Source: an uncultured virus (IMG/VR IMGVR_UViG_2739367660_000007)
Lineage: Duplodnaviria; Heunggongvirae; Uroviricota; Caudoviricetes
Reading direction: 5' to 3' (one strand)
Length of the DNA stretch: 64,000 nucleotides
IMG/VR virus record: IMGVR_UViG_2739367660_000007
The translations under genes and the position numbers were made by a program. Position 1 is the first letter of the stretch. Each line of letters begins with the position of its first letter. The notes beneath the pieces were generated by a model that saw only the letters and a program-made list of their open reading frames with translations, did no database searches and was not told where the DNA came from. Shown here piece by piece: positions 8,955 to 18,724 of the stretch.

Positions 8955-10055
8955 ATGCCCGCTGATTCCCAAAACTACGAACTCTGGGACACCAATCGGT
9001 TCCTCGGCGTCTGGCGCGACGTGAAGCCGGATCCGCTGTACTGGACCGACTGGTTCCAGAACGAACTTCTGTCGGAAGACGAATACATCGACTTCGAGAA
9101 GATGCCTCTGGAAGGCCGGAAACTGATGCCGTTCGCCATGCCGCTGACCCGCGGCGGCGCCATCTACGAAGATTCCGGCAAGGCATTCCGGTTCAAACCG
9201 GCCTATGTGAAAGCGGAAGACCAGATTGATCCGCTGATGCCGCTGACCCGTCGCGTCGGGATCGACTCGAACGCGTCGCAGATGATGCCGAAACTGTCGC
9301 CGCCGCAGCGCCTCGACCTGATCCGCATGGCGATCACAGGTTCGCATTTTCGTGCTCACCAACGCCGTCTGAATCAGATGGCCTGCGTTGTGCTGCGCGA
9401 CGGCATGATCACGCTGAAGGGTCCGAACTACCCGGAAACGGTGGTCAACTTCGGTCGGGCTGCCAACCATACCATCACCCTCGGCGCCGGTTCGCGCTTC
9501 GGTGACTCCGGGGTCTCGATCCTGGACTTCTTCCAGTTGGTTATCGACCGGATGGCGACGGCAGAGTTCGGTGGTTTCCCGACGCGGGTTACCATGGGCG
9601 GCGGTGTCTGGAAGGTGATGCGCAAGGACGCGGAACTGAAAGATTTCCTCGACCTGAACCTGAAGCAGAACGATCGCGTGACGCTGGAGCGTGGTCTGAC
9701 CAATGGTGAACCCGTCTACAAGGTTGGCGAGTTCATGGTCGGCGGCGCCAGCGGGCGCACCATCGAACTGTGGGTGGACGATTCCACCTATATCGACCCG
9801 AACACCAAGCTGGCGACCCGTTACATCGGCAACCACCAGATGCTGTTCAAGTCGACGCCGGATGCGGTCATGGGCTATCAGGCTTTCGGCCGCATCATCT
9901 CGCGCCGGGCGAACTGGGCTCCGATGCGTCTGTTCCCGCTGAACTGGCTGTCCAACCCCCCGGAAGAGACCGAGTACATCACGCACCAGAGTGCGCCGCT
10001 GATGGCTCCGCTGAATCCGAACGCGACGCTGCTCGCCAACGTGATCGCACCGTGA
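8955..10055 (+). CDS. Major capsid protein (lambda E family)
   Basis: 366 aa; FKPAYVK and QSAPLM motifs; strong codon bias. Confidence 0.92.
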   Translation: MPADSQNYELWDTNRFLGVWRDVKPDPLYWTDWFQNELLSEDEYIDFEKMPLEGRKLMPFAMPLTRGGAIYEDSGKAFRFKPAYVKAEDQIDPLMPLTRRVGIDSNASQMMPKLSPPQRLDLIRMAITGSHFRAHQRRLNQMACVVLRDGMITLKGPNYPETVVNFGRAANHTITLGAGSRFGDSGVSILDFFQLVIDRMATAEFGGFPTRVTMGGGVWKVMRKDAELKDFLDLNLKQNDRVTLERGLTNGEPVYKVGEFMVGGASGRTIELWVDDSTYIDPNTKLATRYIGNHQMLFKSTPDAVMGYQAFGRIISRRANWAPMRLFPLNWLSNPPEETEYITHQSAPLMAPLNPNATLLANVIAP

Positions 10056-10112
10056 TCGTGAACCGGGCGGCCTGAACTGGCCGCCCACTCCCAACATCAA
10101 GAGGAAACCGCC

Positions 10113-10463
10113 ATGAAGCTCGGTTACACCATTCACGAAGTCCAGAAGGGCAAGGACACGATCATCGCTCCCGGCCGTGTGCATCCGTTCGATGATCAGG
10201 AGCATGACGATCTGGCTCGCCTCGGCGCCATTCGTGAGCCTTCGCGCGACGAGATTGCGCTGTACGAAGCACTGCTGCCGGCCGTCGAAGAAGAAGATCC
10301 GAAGAAGTCGCCGGAACGGGAACAGCTTGAAGCCAAGGCCACTGAGCTTGGCGTCAAGTTCCAGGCGAATACCGGCGACGCTGCTCTGTTGAAGCGCATC
10401 GAAGAAGCCGAAGCCAAGAAGGCTGCGACGACCGGCACCAATCCCGGCGACGATACGCTCTGA
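10113..10463 (+). CDS. Capsid-associated / packaging accessory protein (lambda FI position)
   Basis: Position after capsid gene; C-terminal LEAKATELGVKF..N motif. Confidence 0.55.
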   Translation: MKLGYTIHEVQKGKDTIIAPGRVHPFDDQEHDDLARLGAIREPSRDEIALYEALLPAVEEEDPKKSPEREQLEAKATELGVKFQANTGDAALLKRIEEAEAKKAATTGTNPGDDTL

Positions 10464-10873
10464 TGGCAAGCTGGCGCGAACATAAGGCCAAGATGAAGCG
10501 GGATGCGCACACTGCGTTCCGCATTCCTGCGGTCTATCTTGTTCGCGCCGATGCCACCCCGGTTCCCTGCATGGTCAGGGTTCATTCCAAGGTAGCCCCG
10601 AACCAGAATGAGTTCACCTGGCCGGCCGCGCCGGGCTATCTTGAAATCGACCCTTACATCATCTTCGACGCTTCGGAAGTTCCGTCTCCGTCGCTGAAAT
10701 CGCTCGTAGTTCTCAGCGCGACCGAGATCTATCGTATCGGTCCCAGCGAACCGCAGCGCGAAGGTTTTGTCAGATCAGATGCCAACAAGGTTGAGGTATC
10801 CGACTGCGCTTCGATCATTGCCGCGATCCCGAATGCCGACTCTGATCCGGCGTTCCTCGGAGTGCTGTTCTGA
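10463..10873 (+). CDS. Head-tail joining protein
   Basis: Synteny in a lambdoid/Chi-like neck module; translational coupling. Confidence 0.6.
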   Translation: MASWREHKAKMKRDAHTAFRIPAVYLVRADATPVPCMVRVHSKVAPNQNEFTWPAAPGYLEIDPYIIFDASEVPSPSLKSLVVLSATEIYRIGPSEPQREGFVRSDANKVEVSDCASIIAAIPNADSDPAFLGVLF

Positions 10874-11499
10874 TGGAGTTTGCTGTCGTTCTCGAAGCCT
10901 TTCCGACCACCGGCTACATTGCCGATCTTTCGCCGGATCAGGTTGCCACGGCAGCGCGCATGGCGCTGAACAAGATTGCAGATCGCACCCGGACGCGGGC
11001 AGATCGTGCCCTGCGTGAGCAAATCGCTTTTCCGGCAGCATTTCTCGGCCCCAGCGGAAAACGTCTGTGGGTGCAGACGAAGGCGTCGAACCAGTCGTTA
11101 CAGGCGGTCATCCGTGGCCGAGGGCAAACCACTTCGCTTGCGAGGTTCGCCGGCAACACCAAACCCACCAGTGGGAAGCAGCGTCCGAAAGGTGGCGGGG
11201 TTCAGGTTCAGGTGAAAGCCGGTGGCGCGAAAAAGTTCATCGAGCGGGCCTTCATCATGCAGTTGCGCGGAGACAACCGCGGGCTTGCGGTGAGGACGAA
11301 AGACGGGATGCGTCCTCGCGGGGCTTATGTGCCCAAAGAGATCGGCAAGAACCTGTGGTTGCTCTACGGACCGTCTGTTGACCAGGCTTTGATCAATTCC
11401 CGGCACGAAGGCATCTACGAAGACCTTGGCCCCGAGGTGCTGGACGCGCTTGACGCAGAGTTTCGCCGCCTGATTGATCTGAGGATTTCTGATGCCTGA
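10873..11499 (+). CDS. Minor tail / neck protein (lambda Z-like)
   Basis: Basic protein; ARMALNK...LYGPSVDQ motif. Confidence 0.7.
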   Translation: MEFAVVLEAFPTTGYIADLSPDQVATAARMALNKIADRTRTRADRALREQIAFPAAFLGPSGKRLWVQTKASNQSLQAVIRGRGQTTSLARFAGNTKPTSGKQRPKGGGVQVQVKAGGAKKFIERAFIMQLRGDNRGLAVRTKDGMRPRGAYVPKEIGKNLWLLYGPSVDQALINSRHEGIYEDLGPEVLDALDAEFRRLIDLRISDA

Positions 11500-12016
11500 T
11501 CCGTTTCGCCTCCGTGTTATGAAAGCCGTGAGCGCGGCGATCAAGGGGATCACCCCTGCAAATGGTTTCACTCACGACCTTTCTGATTACGTCGACGCGG
11601 ACGGCATCACGAGGGAGCGGGTATTCCGTGGGCGTGATCTTTTCGGCCCCTCTGACGGGCTGCCGATGATCTCGATTCTGGAAGATTTCCGCGCGCAGCC
11701 GATCAAGGCTCAAAGCCCGGAAGGTGGAAACCAGCGGAACTCTTTCCCGATCCTGATTCAGGGATTCGTGAAGGACGACGTGGATCATCCTCTGGACCCG
11801 GCATACATGCTTGAGGCGGAAGTGCGTCAGGTTATGGCTGCGGCCAATGTGCGGTACAACATCCTCGGGACGGGCGACCGCGCCCCCTGTGTATCTGACA
11901 TGGTGATCGGGGCTCCGATCTGTCGGCCGGCAGACAACGAATATTCCACCGTCGCCTACTTCTTTCTTTCGGTGACACTCACCCTCTCGGAAGATCTGAC
12001 GAGACCCTTTGCGTGA
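11492..12016 (+). CDS. Tail terminator protein (lambda U position)
   Basis: GITPANGF, VFRGR, QGFV...HPLDPAY; directly upstream of the major tail gene. Confidence 0.65.
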   Translation: MPDPFRLRVMKAVSAAIKGITPANGFTHDLSDYVDADGITRERVFRGRDLFGPSDGLPMISILEDFRAQPIKAQSPEGGNQRNSFPILIQGFVKDDVDHPLDPAYMLEAEVRQVMAAANVRYNILGTGDRAPCVSDMVIGAPICRPADNEYSTVAYFFLSVTLTLSEDLTRPFA

Positions 12017-12062
12017 TGTGAAAATCACGTTATAAGTGCAACAAACTCAAGGAGTGACGATA

Positions 12063-12848
12063 ATGGGCGTCGAGAACTACAAAATCGGTCGAGGGGAGTT
12101 CATGTTCTCCCTGTTCGTTGACCCGCTGACCCGCGTCGAACGCGGTTTCCTTCCGTTCGGCAACTGCCCCGGTGGCACGTTCAATCGCACTGTCGAGCGC
12201 ATCGAACACATGAGTTCGATGACCGGCGTCAAGACGAAGGACTTCTCGCAGATCGTGTCTTCGACCATGGCCGGGTCTGTCACCACGGACGAAGTTTCCG
12301 CGAACTCGATGGCGATGTTCCTCGGCGGCACCGCTGCCGACGTGTCCTTCACGTCCGGTACCGGGGTCACTTCGGTGTTCAACGCCTACAAGGGGGCGAC
12401 CTATCAGCTCGGCGTCACCGCATCCCGCCCGAATGGTCTGCAACAGATCAAATCGACGCCGGCTGTCACGGTGACGGGCGGCGCCGGGGGTAGCACCAGC
12501 TACACCGCAGGCACCGATTACACCATCGACTACGAGCGCGGCACGATCACGTTCCTGCTGGGTGGCACCATCACGGACGGCGGTCAGGTGACCGTCACCT
12601 ACAGCCACGACGCCTACAGCCGGTTCCAGATCAATTCCGGTGCCATCGAAATCGAAGGCGCGCTGCGCTTCTACGACCGGGCCGAGTTCGGTCAGCGGAT
12701 GGACTGGTATCTGCCCTGGGTGAAGCTGACGCCGAACGGCGACGTGAACCTGATCGGTGACGAACTCACCTCGATCTCGTGGAACGTCGAGGTGCTGAAG
12801 AAGGGCGCAATGGCCGAGGCGTATATCGCCGGCAAGCCGATCGTCTGA
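12063..12848 (+). CDS. Major tail tube protein
   Basis: NYKIGRG...FGNCP...VKLTPNGD; RBS AAGGAG. Confidence 0.85.
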   Translation: MGVENYKIGRGEFMFSLFVDPLTRVERGFLPFGNCPGGTFNRTVERIEHMSSMTGVKTKDFSQIVSSTMAGSVTTDEVSANSMAMFLGGTAADVSFTSGTGVTSVFNAYKGATYQLGVTASRPNGLQQIKSTPAVTVTGGAGGSTSYTAGTDYTIDYERGTITFLLGGTITDGGQVTVTYSHDAYSRFQINSGAIEIEGALRFYDRAEFGQRMDWYLPWVKLTPNGDVNLIGDELTSISWNVEVLKKGAMAEAYIAGKPIV

Positions 12849-12863
12849 CGGGGGTGATGGAGG

Positions 12864-13301
12864 ATGACCACCGTTTTCGGAAACTACAGTCGGCCACGGC
12901 AGATCGTGAATATCGCCAGCGGTGACGGGGAGATGATCCCCGTCGCTTGCTACGGGCTCGGTCTGGATCACCTCGTTCTGCTGGTCCGCGAATATGCCGA
13001 AGTGCTGACGCCGATCTATGAGCAAACTGCATCCGGTCAACTGACTGCGGATCAGGCTATCGCTCTCGTCACATCTCTGATCGAGGAAGTTCCGGCGCTC
13101 GTCAGCATGACGATTGCTTTGGGTACCGATGCTCCCGCCGACGAGATGGACAAGATCACCGCACTGACGGTGGGCGCGAAGGTTGAGCTGGTTCACGCGA
13201 TCGTCAAGGTCACGATGACCAGCGAAGGTGGGCCGGAAAAGATCGTGGAGATCGTCACGTCGGCGTATCGGGAACTCAGCAAGAAGTTCCGCCCGACCTG
13301 A
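12864..13301 (+). CDS. Tail assembly chaperone (G)
   Basis: Between major tail and tape measure genes; GGAAAAG slippery candidate at 13235-13241. Confidence 0.75.
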   Translation: MTTVFGNYSRPRQIVNIASGDGEMIPVACYGLGLDHLVLLVREYAEVLTPIYEQTASGQLTADQAIALVTSLIEEVPALVSMTIALGTDAPADEMDKITALTVGAKVELVHAIVKVTMTSEGGPEKIVEIVTSAYRELSKKFRPT

Positions 13302-13309
13302 AGGAATGG

Positions 13310-13567
13310 ATGTGGGGGCTCAGGAAACAGGCGAGCCTTCTCATCGAAGCCGGGCATCTGAACGCAGGGTCATACACCGTCGGCATGATCCTGGATGAGG
13401 CCAGAATTGTTCAGGAACGGCTGAACGCCAGAACCGCTCTGAACGCAGACCTCATGCACCTGGCGATCTCCGCTACTCCGACAGAATACAACAAGGCGGG
13501 CGTTGCTCTGGCGAAAAGTGCCGCAAAAGCGCTCAAGGATACGCTGAAGAAACTGCGAGGTGGCTGA
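13310..13567 (+). CDS. Tail assembly chaperone T segment (probably made by -1 frameshift)
   Basis: The -1 frame is open from 13238 to 13567. Confidence 0.65.
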   Translation: MWGLRKQASLLIEAGHLNAGSYTVGMILDEARIVQERLNARTALNADLMHLAISATPTEYNKAGVALAKSAAKALKDTLKKLRGG

Positions 13568-16500
13568 TGGGCCGTGAGACATTCTCCGATCTCAAGATCA
13601 GGGCCACCGACCAGTTCAGCTCGACCCTTGAAAAGGGCAAACGGAACTTTGACGAGTTCAGGAAATCCCTGACCCGCAAGGAAATTGTTCAGGAATCCCT
13701 GAAACAGAAAGACGCGATCCGGCAACTTGGGACCGAGATCGAGACGCTTCGCGACAAGTATCGTCAGTATGCGGAGCAGACGCGGCAGGGCGCGGCTACC
13801 CGGCAAGTCGGGATCGAAATGGTCCAGACCCGGGCGAAAATTCTGCAAACCAAGGATGCGATCGAGCAGCAGCGCGAAAGCCTGCAGCGCCTTCGCGGCG
13901 TAGCTGGTGGAACCTTTCGTGAGTTTTCTCAGCGTGCATCTGAAGCGGCTTCTGCCGCGATCCGGCAAGCTGAAGCCGAACGCAAGGCCACTGCTGTATC
14001 GCAGAAGAAAGCGGAAATTCAGGCCCGGCTGAACGCACAGGCCCGCAGTGGTTTTGCTGACTGGAATCATTACATCGAGACCATTCATCGGCTGCAGGCG
14101 GCCGAGGAACGCAGCGCGCGGCAGGCTGCCCTGAAGGAGCAAATTCAGGCCCGGCTGACTAGCCGAGTGGTCAGCGGGTTTTCGGCATGGCAGCGACAGA
14201 TCGGTATTTACGATGCGGAGTCCGCAGCCTTTGTTCGCAGCCATGCTGCCCTGAAACGCGCAGAAGGTGCTGCGACACAAGCTGCCGGTGCGCAGAAGCG
14301 TCTGAAGCAAGCCGTGGATGCCACGACGGCATCGGTTCAGCGTCAGAATGCCGTTGAAAGCCGCGTCCTTCCGTTCGGAAGTGCGGCCGGTGGACGCGCA
14401 TCGCGGGGCAAGAAGTTCGGCGGCGAAGATGCCGGTGTCGAGATGTACGGTCTTCGGCCGTATCAGATGGTCAATCTCGGGTATCAGATCAACGACGTGA
14501 TCGGTGGCGTGGCGATGGGGCAGGCGCCGTTGCAGATTCTCGCGCAGCAGGCCGGTCAGTTTGCGCAAATCTGGCCGGAAGCCATGGTTGCGCTGGTTCG
14601 CGGAGTCCCGATCCTTCTCGCCGCAGGCGCAGCTTTCAGCCCTCTGATTGCAGCCATGATGCGGGTTTCTGAGCAGAAGGAAAATCTGCGGTTCTTCAAC
14701 CAGCAACTTGCTGTCAGCGCAGACGGCGGCCGATATAGCGCTGAAGGATTGAGTCAGGCGACGCGCGAAATGCGCAAATTCGGCGTAGCGACCGAAGATG
14801 CCAGGACTATGCTGATGGGATTTGTTTCAGCAGGCATTGACCAAGGTCAGTTCGTCGGGCTGGGTAGGCTGGCGAAAGACCTGGCCGAAGTTACAGGGCA
14901 GGACGTACCTGCTGCTGCTGAAAAAATGCTGACGGCTTTCCGTGGTGGTTCGCAAGGCGTGCGCGACCTTGATCGTGAGATGAACTTCCTCACGGCCTCG
15001 CAACTTGATCAGGTTCGTGCGATGGAGCGTGCCGGTAACGCCGCTGGTGCGATGGCACTGGCACAAGGCGCATTGCGTGACAAACTCGCAGCAACGAAGC
15101 CTGAACTGACCGAGTGGCAAAAAGCCACGAAAGAAATGGGTCAGGCTTGGGACGATCTCGTCACCGCAGTCGAACAATCCGGTCTCATCGAACTTGCATC
15201 AAAGGGCCTGATGCTCGTTGCCATGTCCGCGAAAGGTTGGGCGTATCTTGCGCGAAATGCCAGTGGCGCGATCCAGTCTACCATCGCTCCGAATGACCTC
15301 CAACGGATGACAGCACTGACGGATCGCCGCAACAAGATTCTGAACGACATAGCGCGTGACGATGGTGCTTTTGCCCCAAGAACTGCCGCACTGCAGGAAG
15401 AACTCGCGGCTGTCGAGGCTGAAATCGAAAGCATTCTCCGAGATCAGAACGAAGCCTACAAAGAGGCTTCCGATCTTCGGGACCAGAACAAAGATGCTTC
15501 GGAAGCCGAAAAGAAGATCCAGTCTGACATCAATTTCGAATTGGATCGGCAGATCGAAACTGCTCAGCGTGAAGCCGAACTCGCTGCGCTGACCAATCGG
15601 GAACGGTTCATCGAGCAGGGTCTCCTGGAAGCCAAAACCCGCGCAATGGAAGCGCAAAAGGCGCTTGGTCTCGATGCTGTCGGCCTCACCGAGGAACAGA
15701 ACAGGCTTCTGCGCGAACGTCTCGGAATGGCTTTCGATACCCAAGCCAGTGCCGAACTTATGACCTCATCGGGCATGAGCGGTCTCGTCGACAAGATTGT
15801 TGGCGTGGAAAGCGGCGGCAATGCCTCTGCTAAAAATCCTCAGTCAACTGCCACAGGTCTCGGTCAGTTCATCGCAAGCACTTGGCTGGATATGTTCCGG
15901 CGCTACTTCCCAGATCGCGCTGCGAGCATGAGTGAAGCGGCTATCCTGGAACTGCGGAAGGAGTCGGCTATCTCCCGCAAGATGGTCGAACTTTACGCAA
16001 TGGAGAATGCGAAAGTTCTCCAGTCGGCCGGCGTAGCGGTCAACGAGGCATCGCTTTATCTCGCCCACTTCCTCGGTCCTCGCGGTGCAGCAGGCGTCAT
16101 GGCTGCGTCTGCTTCTACCCCGGTTTCCAGCATTCTTGGGGCAGACCAGATCGCCGCCAACCGCAGCATCCTCGAAGGGAAGAATGCCGGGGAAGTTCGC
16201 GCCTGGTCGCAACGGAAGATGGGAGTTTCGTCAGCCGAACTCGATATCAGCCGGGAAATGGTCAAACTGGATGAAGACCGGGCGAAAAAGGCTGCCGACG
16301 AAGAAGAAAAGCGCCTGAAGCGTGAAGCCGATTACATGCGTTCTTACGCGGAGCGCATGGAAGGTCAGAAACTCGAACTGTCTCTGCAAACCCAGGAAGC
16401 CCGTCAGGCAGCAATCACCAAGGCGCTGTATGACGAGGAACTGAAGGCAAAGGAGGCCGGGCTTCAACTCACCAAGGAGCAGCGCGACGAAATCGCCTCT

Positions 16501-17379
16501 CTGACCGGGCGGCAGTTTGATAGAGAGAATGCTGAGACGAGGGTGAACCAGATCCTCGAACGGCGCCAGTTGCTCGTGCAAAACCTCACGATGGCGCGCG
16601 AAGCCGGCGACGCCGAGGCGATCTCAAAGATCACTGGCGAACTTGATGGGCTGGAAGGCGACCTCGGGAAGGCTATCGACGATGCCATTGCGTTCTGGCA
16701 GGCGATCGGTGGGCCGCAGGCGGATGCTGCAATCCTGAAACTGAAGACCCTCAAGGTCGATGTTCAGGTGATGCAGAATGAAAGCCAACAGGTCATCCGG
16801 TCATGGAATGAATGGGCCGCAAATCAGGCATCGTCTGGCATCAGCCAGCTCGCGCAGGATATCGCAGCGGGTGAGAACGCCATTGACTCCCTTGGTCGTG
16901 CGTTTGCGAAATTCGCGGCCGATTTCCTGATCAAGATGGGCGAGATGATCGTTCAGGCGAACATGCTGAAGATCCTGCAAGGCAGCGGTTTCGGCAATAT
17001 CGTTGGCGGATTCCTTGGCGGTCTCGGGGTTCCGGTTCCCATCGCCCATACTGGCGGCGTGATCGGCACGGATGCCCTGTCCACCAAAGTCGTGAACCCG
17101 GCTGTGTTTTCCGGCGCCATGCGGTATCATGGCGGGGGTTTCCCGGGTCTGAAGCCGAACGAAGTTCCGACGGTTCTGGAAATGGGCGAAGAGGTCTTGA
17201 CCGCAAGCGATCCCCGGCATCGCAAGAATGGCGGCGGCGCAACCCAGGTTCGCGTCGTCAACGTGCTCGACCCCAACGAAATCCTCGATACGGCAGTGAG
17301 TTCCCCCTCCGGTGAACAAAGCCTGATCAATTTCGTCACGAGGAACAAGCGGGCGATCTCGGGCATTCTGGGCAGTTGA
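13567..17379 (+). CDS. Tape measure protein with internal lytic transglycosylase-like domain
   Basis: 1270 aa helical Ala-rich protein; TMP motif GQAPLQILAQQAGQ; VESGGNASAKNPQSTATGLGQFI...YLAHFLG at ~15.8-16.1 kb. Confidence 0.93.
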   Translation: MGRETFSDLKIRATDQFSSTLEKGKRNFDEFRKSLTRKEIVQESLKQKDAIRQLGTEIETLRDKYRQYAEQTRQGAATRQVGIEMVQTRAKILQTKDAIEQQRESLQRLRGVAGGTFREFSQRASEAASAAIRQAEAERKATAVSQKKAEIQARLNAQARSGFADWNHYIETIHRLQAAEERSARQAALKEQIQARLTSRVVSGFSAWQRQIGIYDAESAAFVRSHAALKRAEGAATQAAGAQKRLKQAVDATTASVQRQNAVESRVLPFGSAAGGRASRGKKFGGEDAGVEMYGLRPYQMVNLGYQINDVIGGVAMGQAPLQILAQQAGQFAQIWPEAMVALVRGVPILLAAGAAFSPLIAAMMRVSEQKENLRFFNQQLAVSADGGRYSAEGLSQATREMRKFGVATEDARTMLMGFVSAGIDQGQFVGLGRLAKDLAEVTGQDVPAAAEKMLTAFRGGSQGVRDLDREMNFLTASQLDQVRAMERAGNAAGAMALAQGALRDKLAATKPELTEWQKATKEMGQAWDDLVTAVEQSGLIELASKGLMLVAMSAKGWAYLARNASGAIQSTIAPNDLQRMTALTDRRNKILNDIARDDGAFAPRTAALQEELAAVEAEIESILRDQNEAYKEASDLRDQNKDASEAEKKIQSDINFELDRQIETAQREAELAALTNRERFIEQGLLEAKTRAMEAQKALGLDAVGLTEEQNRLLRERLGMAFDTQASAELMTSSGMSGLVDKIVGVESGGNASAKNPQSTATGLGQFIASTWLDMFRRYFPDRAASMSEAAILELRKESAISRKMVELYAMENAKVLQSAGVAVNEASLYLAHFLGPRGAAGVMAASASTPVSSILGADQIAANRSILEGKNAGEVRAWSQRKMGVSSAELDISREMVKLDEDRAKKAADEEEKRLKREADYMRSYAERMEGQKLELSLQTQEARQAAITKALYDEELKAKEAGLQLTKEQRDEIASLTGRQFDRENAETRVNQILERRQLLVQNLTMAREAGDAEAISKITGELDGLEGDLGKAIDDAIAFWQAIGGPQADAAILKLKTLKVDVQVMQNESQQVIRSWNEWAANQASSGISQLAQDIAAGENAIDSLGRAFAKFAADFLIKMGEMIVQANMLKILQGSGFGNIVGGFLGGLGVPVPIAHTGGVIGTDALSTKVVNPAVFSGAMRYHGGGFPGLKPNEVPTVLEMGEEVLTASDPRHRKNGGGATQVRVVNVLDPNEILDTAVSSPSGEQSLINFVTRNKRAISGILGS

Positions 17380-17449
17380 CGAGGCAGTTGCGAAAACGGC
17401 GTCTCGCTGGTAGTTTCACTTAAAACGTGATCCTGTCGGGAAAGGTGAG

Positions 17450-18724
17450 ATGAGCGTATTCCTCCCGGTGGTCCCGAATTGGCGTTTCCCAGTCAGGGAC
17501 ACCTATGAGTTTCGCACCGAGATCCTTTCTTCCCGCGACGGGACTGAAAGCCGTTCGGCATTGCGCGAGCATCCGCGCAGGAAGATCGAGTTCACGGCAC
17601 TTCTGGACGGAAGTCGGAACCGTGACATGGCAATGGCGATGGCTGCGGGTCGGGACGGACGGTTTGAGATTGCGGATTACACCGCAGAACCGGCCTTCAT
17701 AACGGCGGTCGCAGCCACGGCAACCACGCTCACCCTGCTTTCTGATGGCCCGCCGTGGCTGGACGGGGCGTTGTCCGAAGTTGCAATCGTGTCGTCGAGG
17801 ACGGCGCGCAAGGTCACGGTGGCCGGGATCGCGGGGAATACCATCACGCTTGACGGTCAGATTGGCGTCGCAATTCCCGACGGCGCAGCGATCTATCCCG
17901 TTCTCGATGTGATCCAGTCGCAGTCGCTCACGGTTTCGGTTTACACTACCAGGCTGACCTCTGTCGACATGGCTTTCGATGTCACGCCGGGCACCAGTCT
18001 CGACGATAGCAGCGACAGCGACATTCTTTCGGCCGGCGCCTTCTACGGGCGCTATGTGCTGCTGAAAAAGCCGAACTACATGCGCTCCCCCCGTCTCAAT
18101 TTCGAGATGACCTTCGAGCGCGTGGATTTCGAGCGTGGGATAGTGAACACCTACGCCCCGGTCCCATTCACGCGCCGCTCGCTGTCTGCTGAATATGTCG
18201 GCTTCGACCGACCGGGCGTGCGCGAACTGCTCGACCTGTTTCTGCGGAACAAGGGGAAACTCGGTGAGATTTACGTCCCGACATGGGGGGATGACTTTCC
18301 CCCTGTCATCGGGATCACCGGCACCACGCTCACGGTGGCCGGAAGAACGTTCTACGATGCCTATGCGACAGATGAAGCCCACACCGCATTTCTGCTGAAG
18401 AAGTCGAACGGGGATATGGTTCCCTTCGAAATCCAGAGCATGTCGCTTTCCTCGGGAAACACGGTTCTGACGCTGGACAGAACGGTTGGGTTGAGCCCCG
18501 TGGAGGTTTCATCGGTGTCGTGGATGCACGTCTGCCGGTTTGCAAACGACGCACTGGTGATTGACTGGGAGACGAACACCATCGCCTCGGTCGTCCTGCC
18601 ATTCATCAGCCTGAAGAACATGCCGGTGGAAAATCTCTATGGGTCCAACTGGATCCTCGCGACCGGCTATTGGCGCGATCTCGGCCAGTGGGAAGACACG
18701 GCGACCTGGAAGGATTTCCCATGA
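17450..18724 (+). CDS. Distal tail protein-like
   Basis: Follows TMP; PNW...EFRTEILSSRDGTESRSALREHPRR motif. Confidence 0.7.
   Translation: MSVFLPVVPNWRFPVRDTYEFRTEILSSRDGTESRSALREHPRRKIEFTALLDGSRNRDMAMAMAAGRDGRFEIADYTAEPAFITAVAATATTLTLLSDGPPWLDGALSEVAIVSSRTARKVTVAGIAGNTITLDGQIGVAIPDGAAIYPVLDVIQSQSLTVSVYTTRLTSVDMAFDVTPGTSLDDSSDSDILSAGAFYGRYVLLKKPNYMRSPRLNFEMTFERVDFERGIVNTYAPVPFTRRSLSAEYVGFDRPGVRELLDLFLRNKGKLGEIYVPTWGDDFPPVIGITGTTLTVAGRTFYDAYATDEAHTAFLLKKSNGDMVPFEIQSMSLSSGNTVLTLDRTVGLSPVEVSSVSWMHVCRFANDALVIDWETNTIASVVLPFISLKNMPVENLYGSNWILATGYWRDLGQWEDTATWKDFP

Noticed and set aside
7647..10469. 940 aa minus-strand ORF and similar long antisense ORFs
   Set aside because: Shadows of GC-biased capsid and tail genes on the opposite strand
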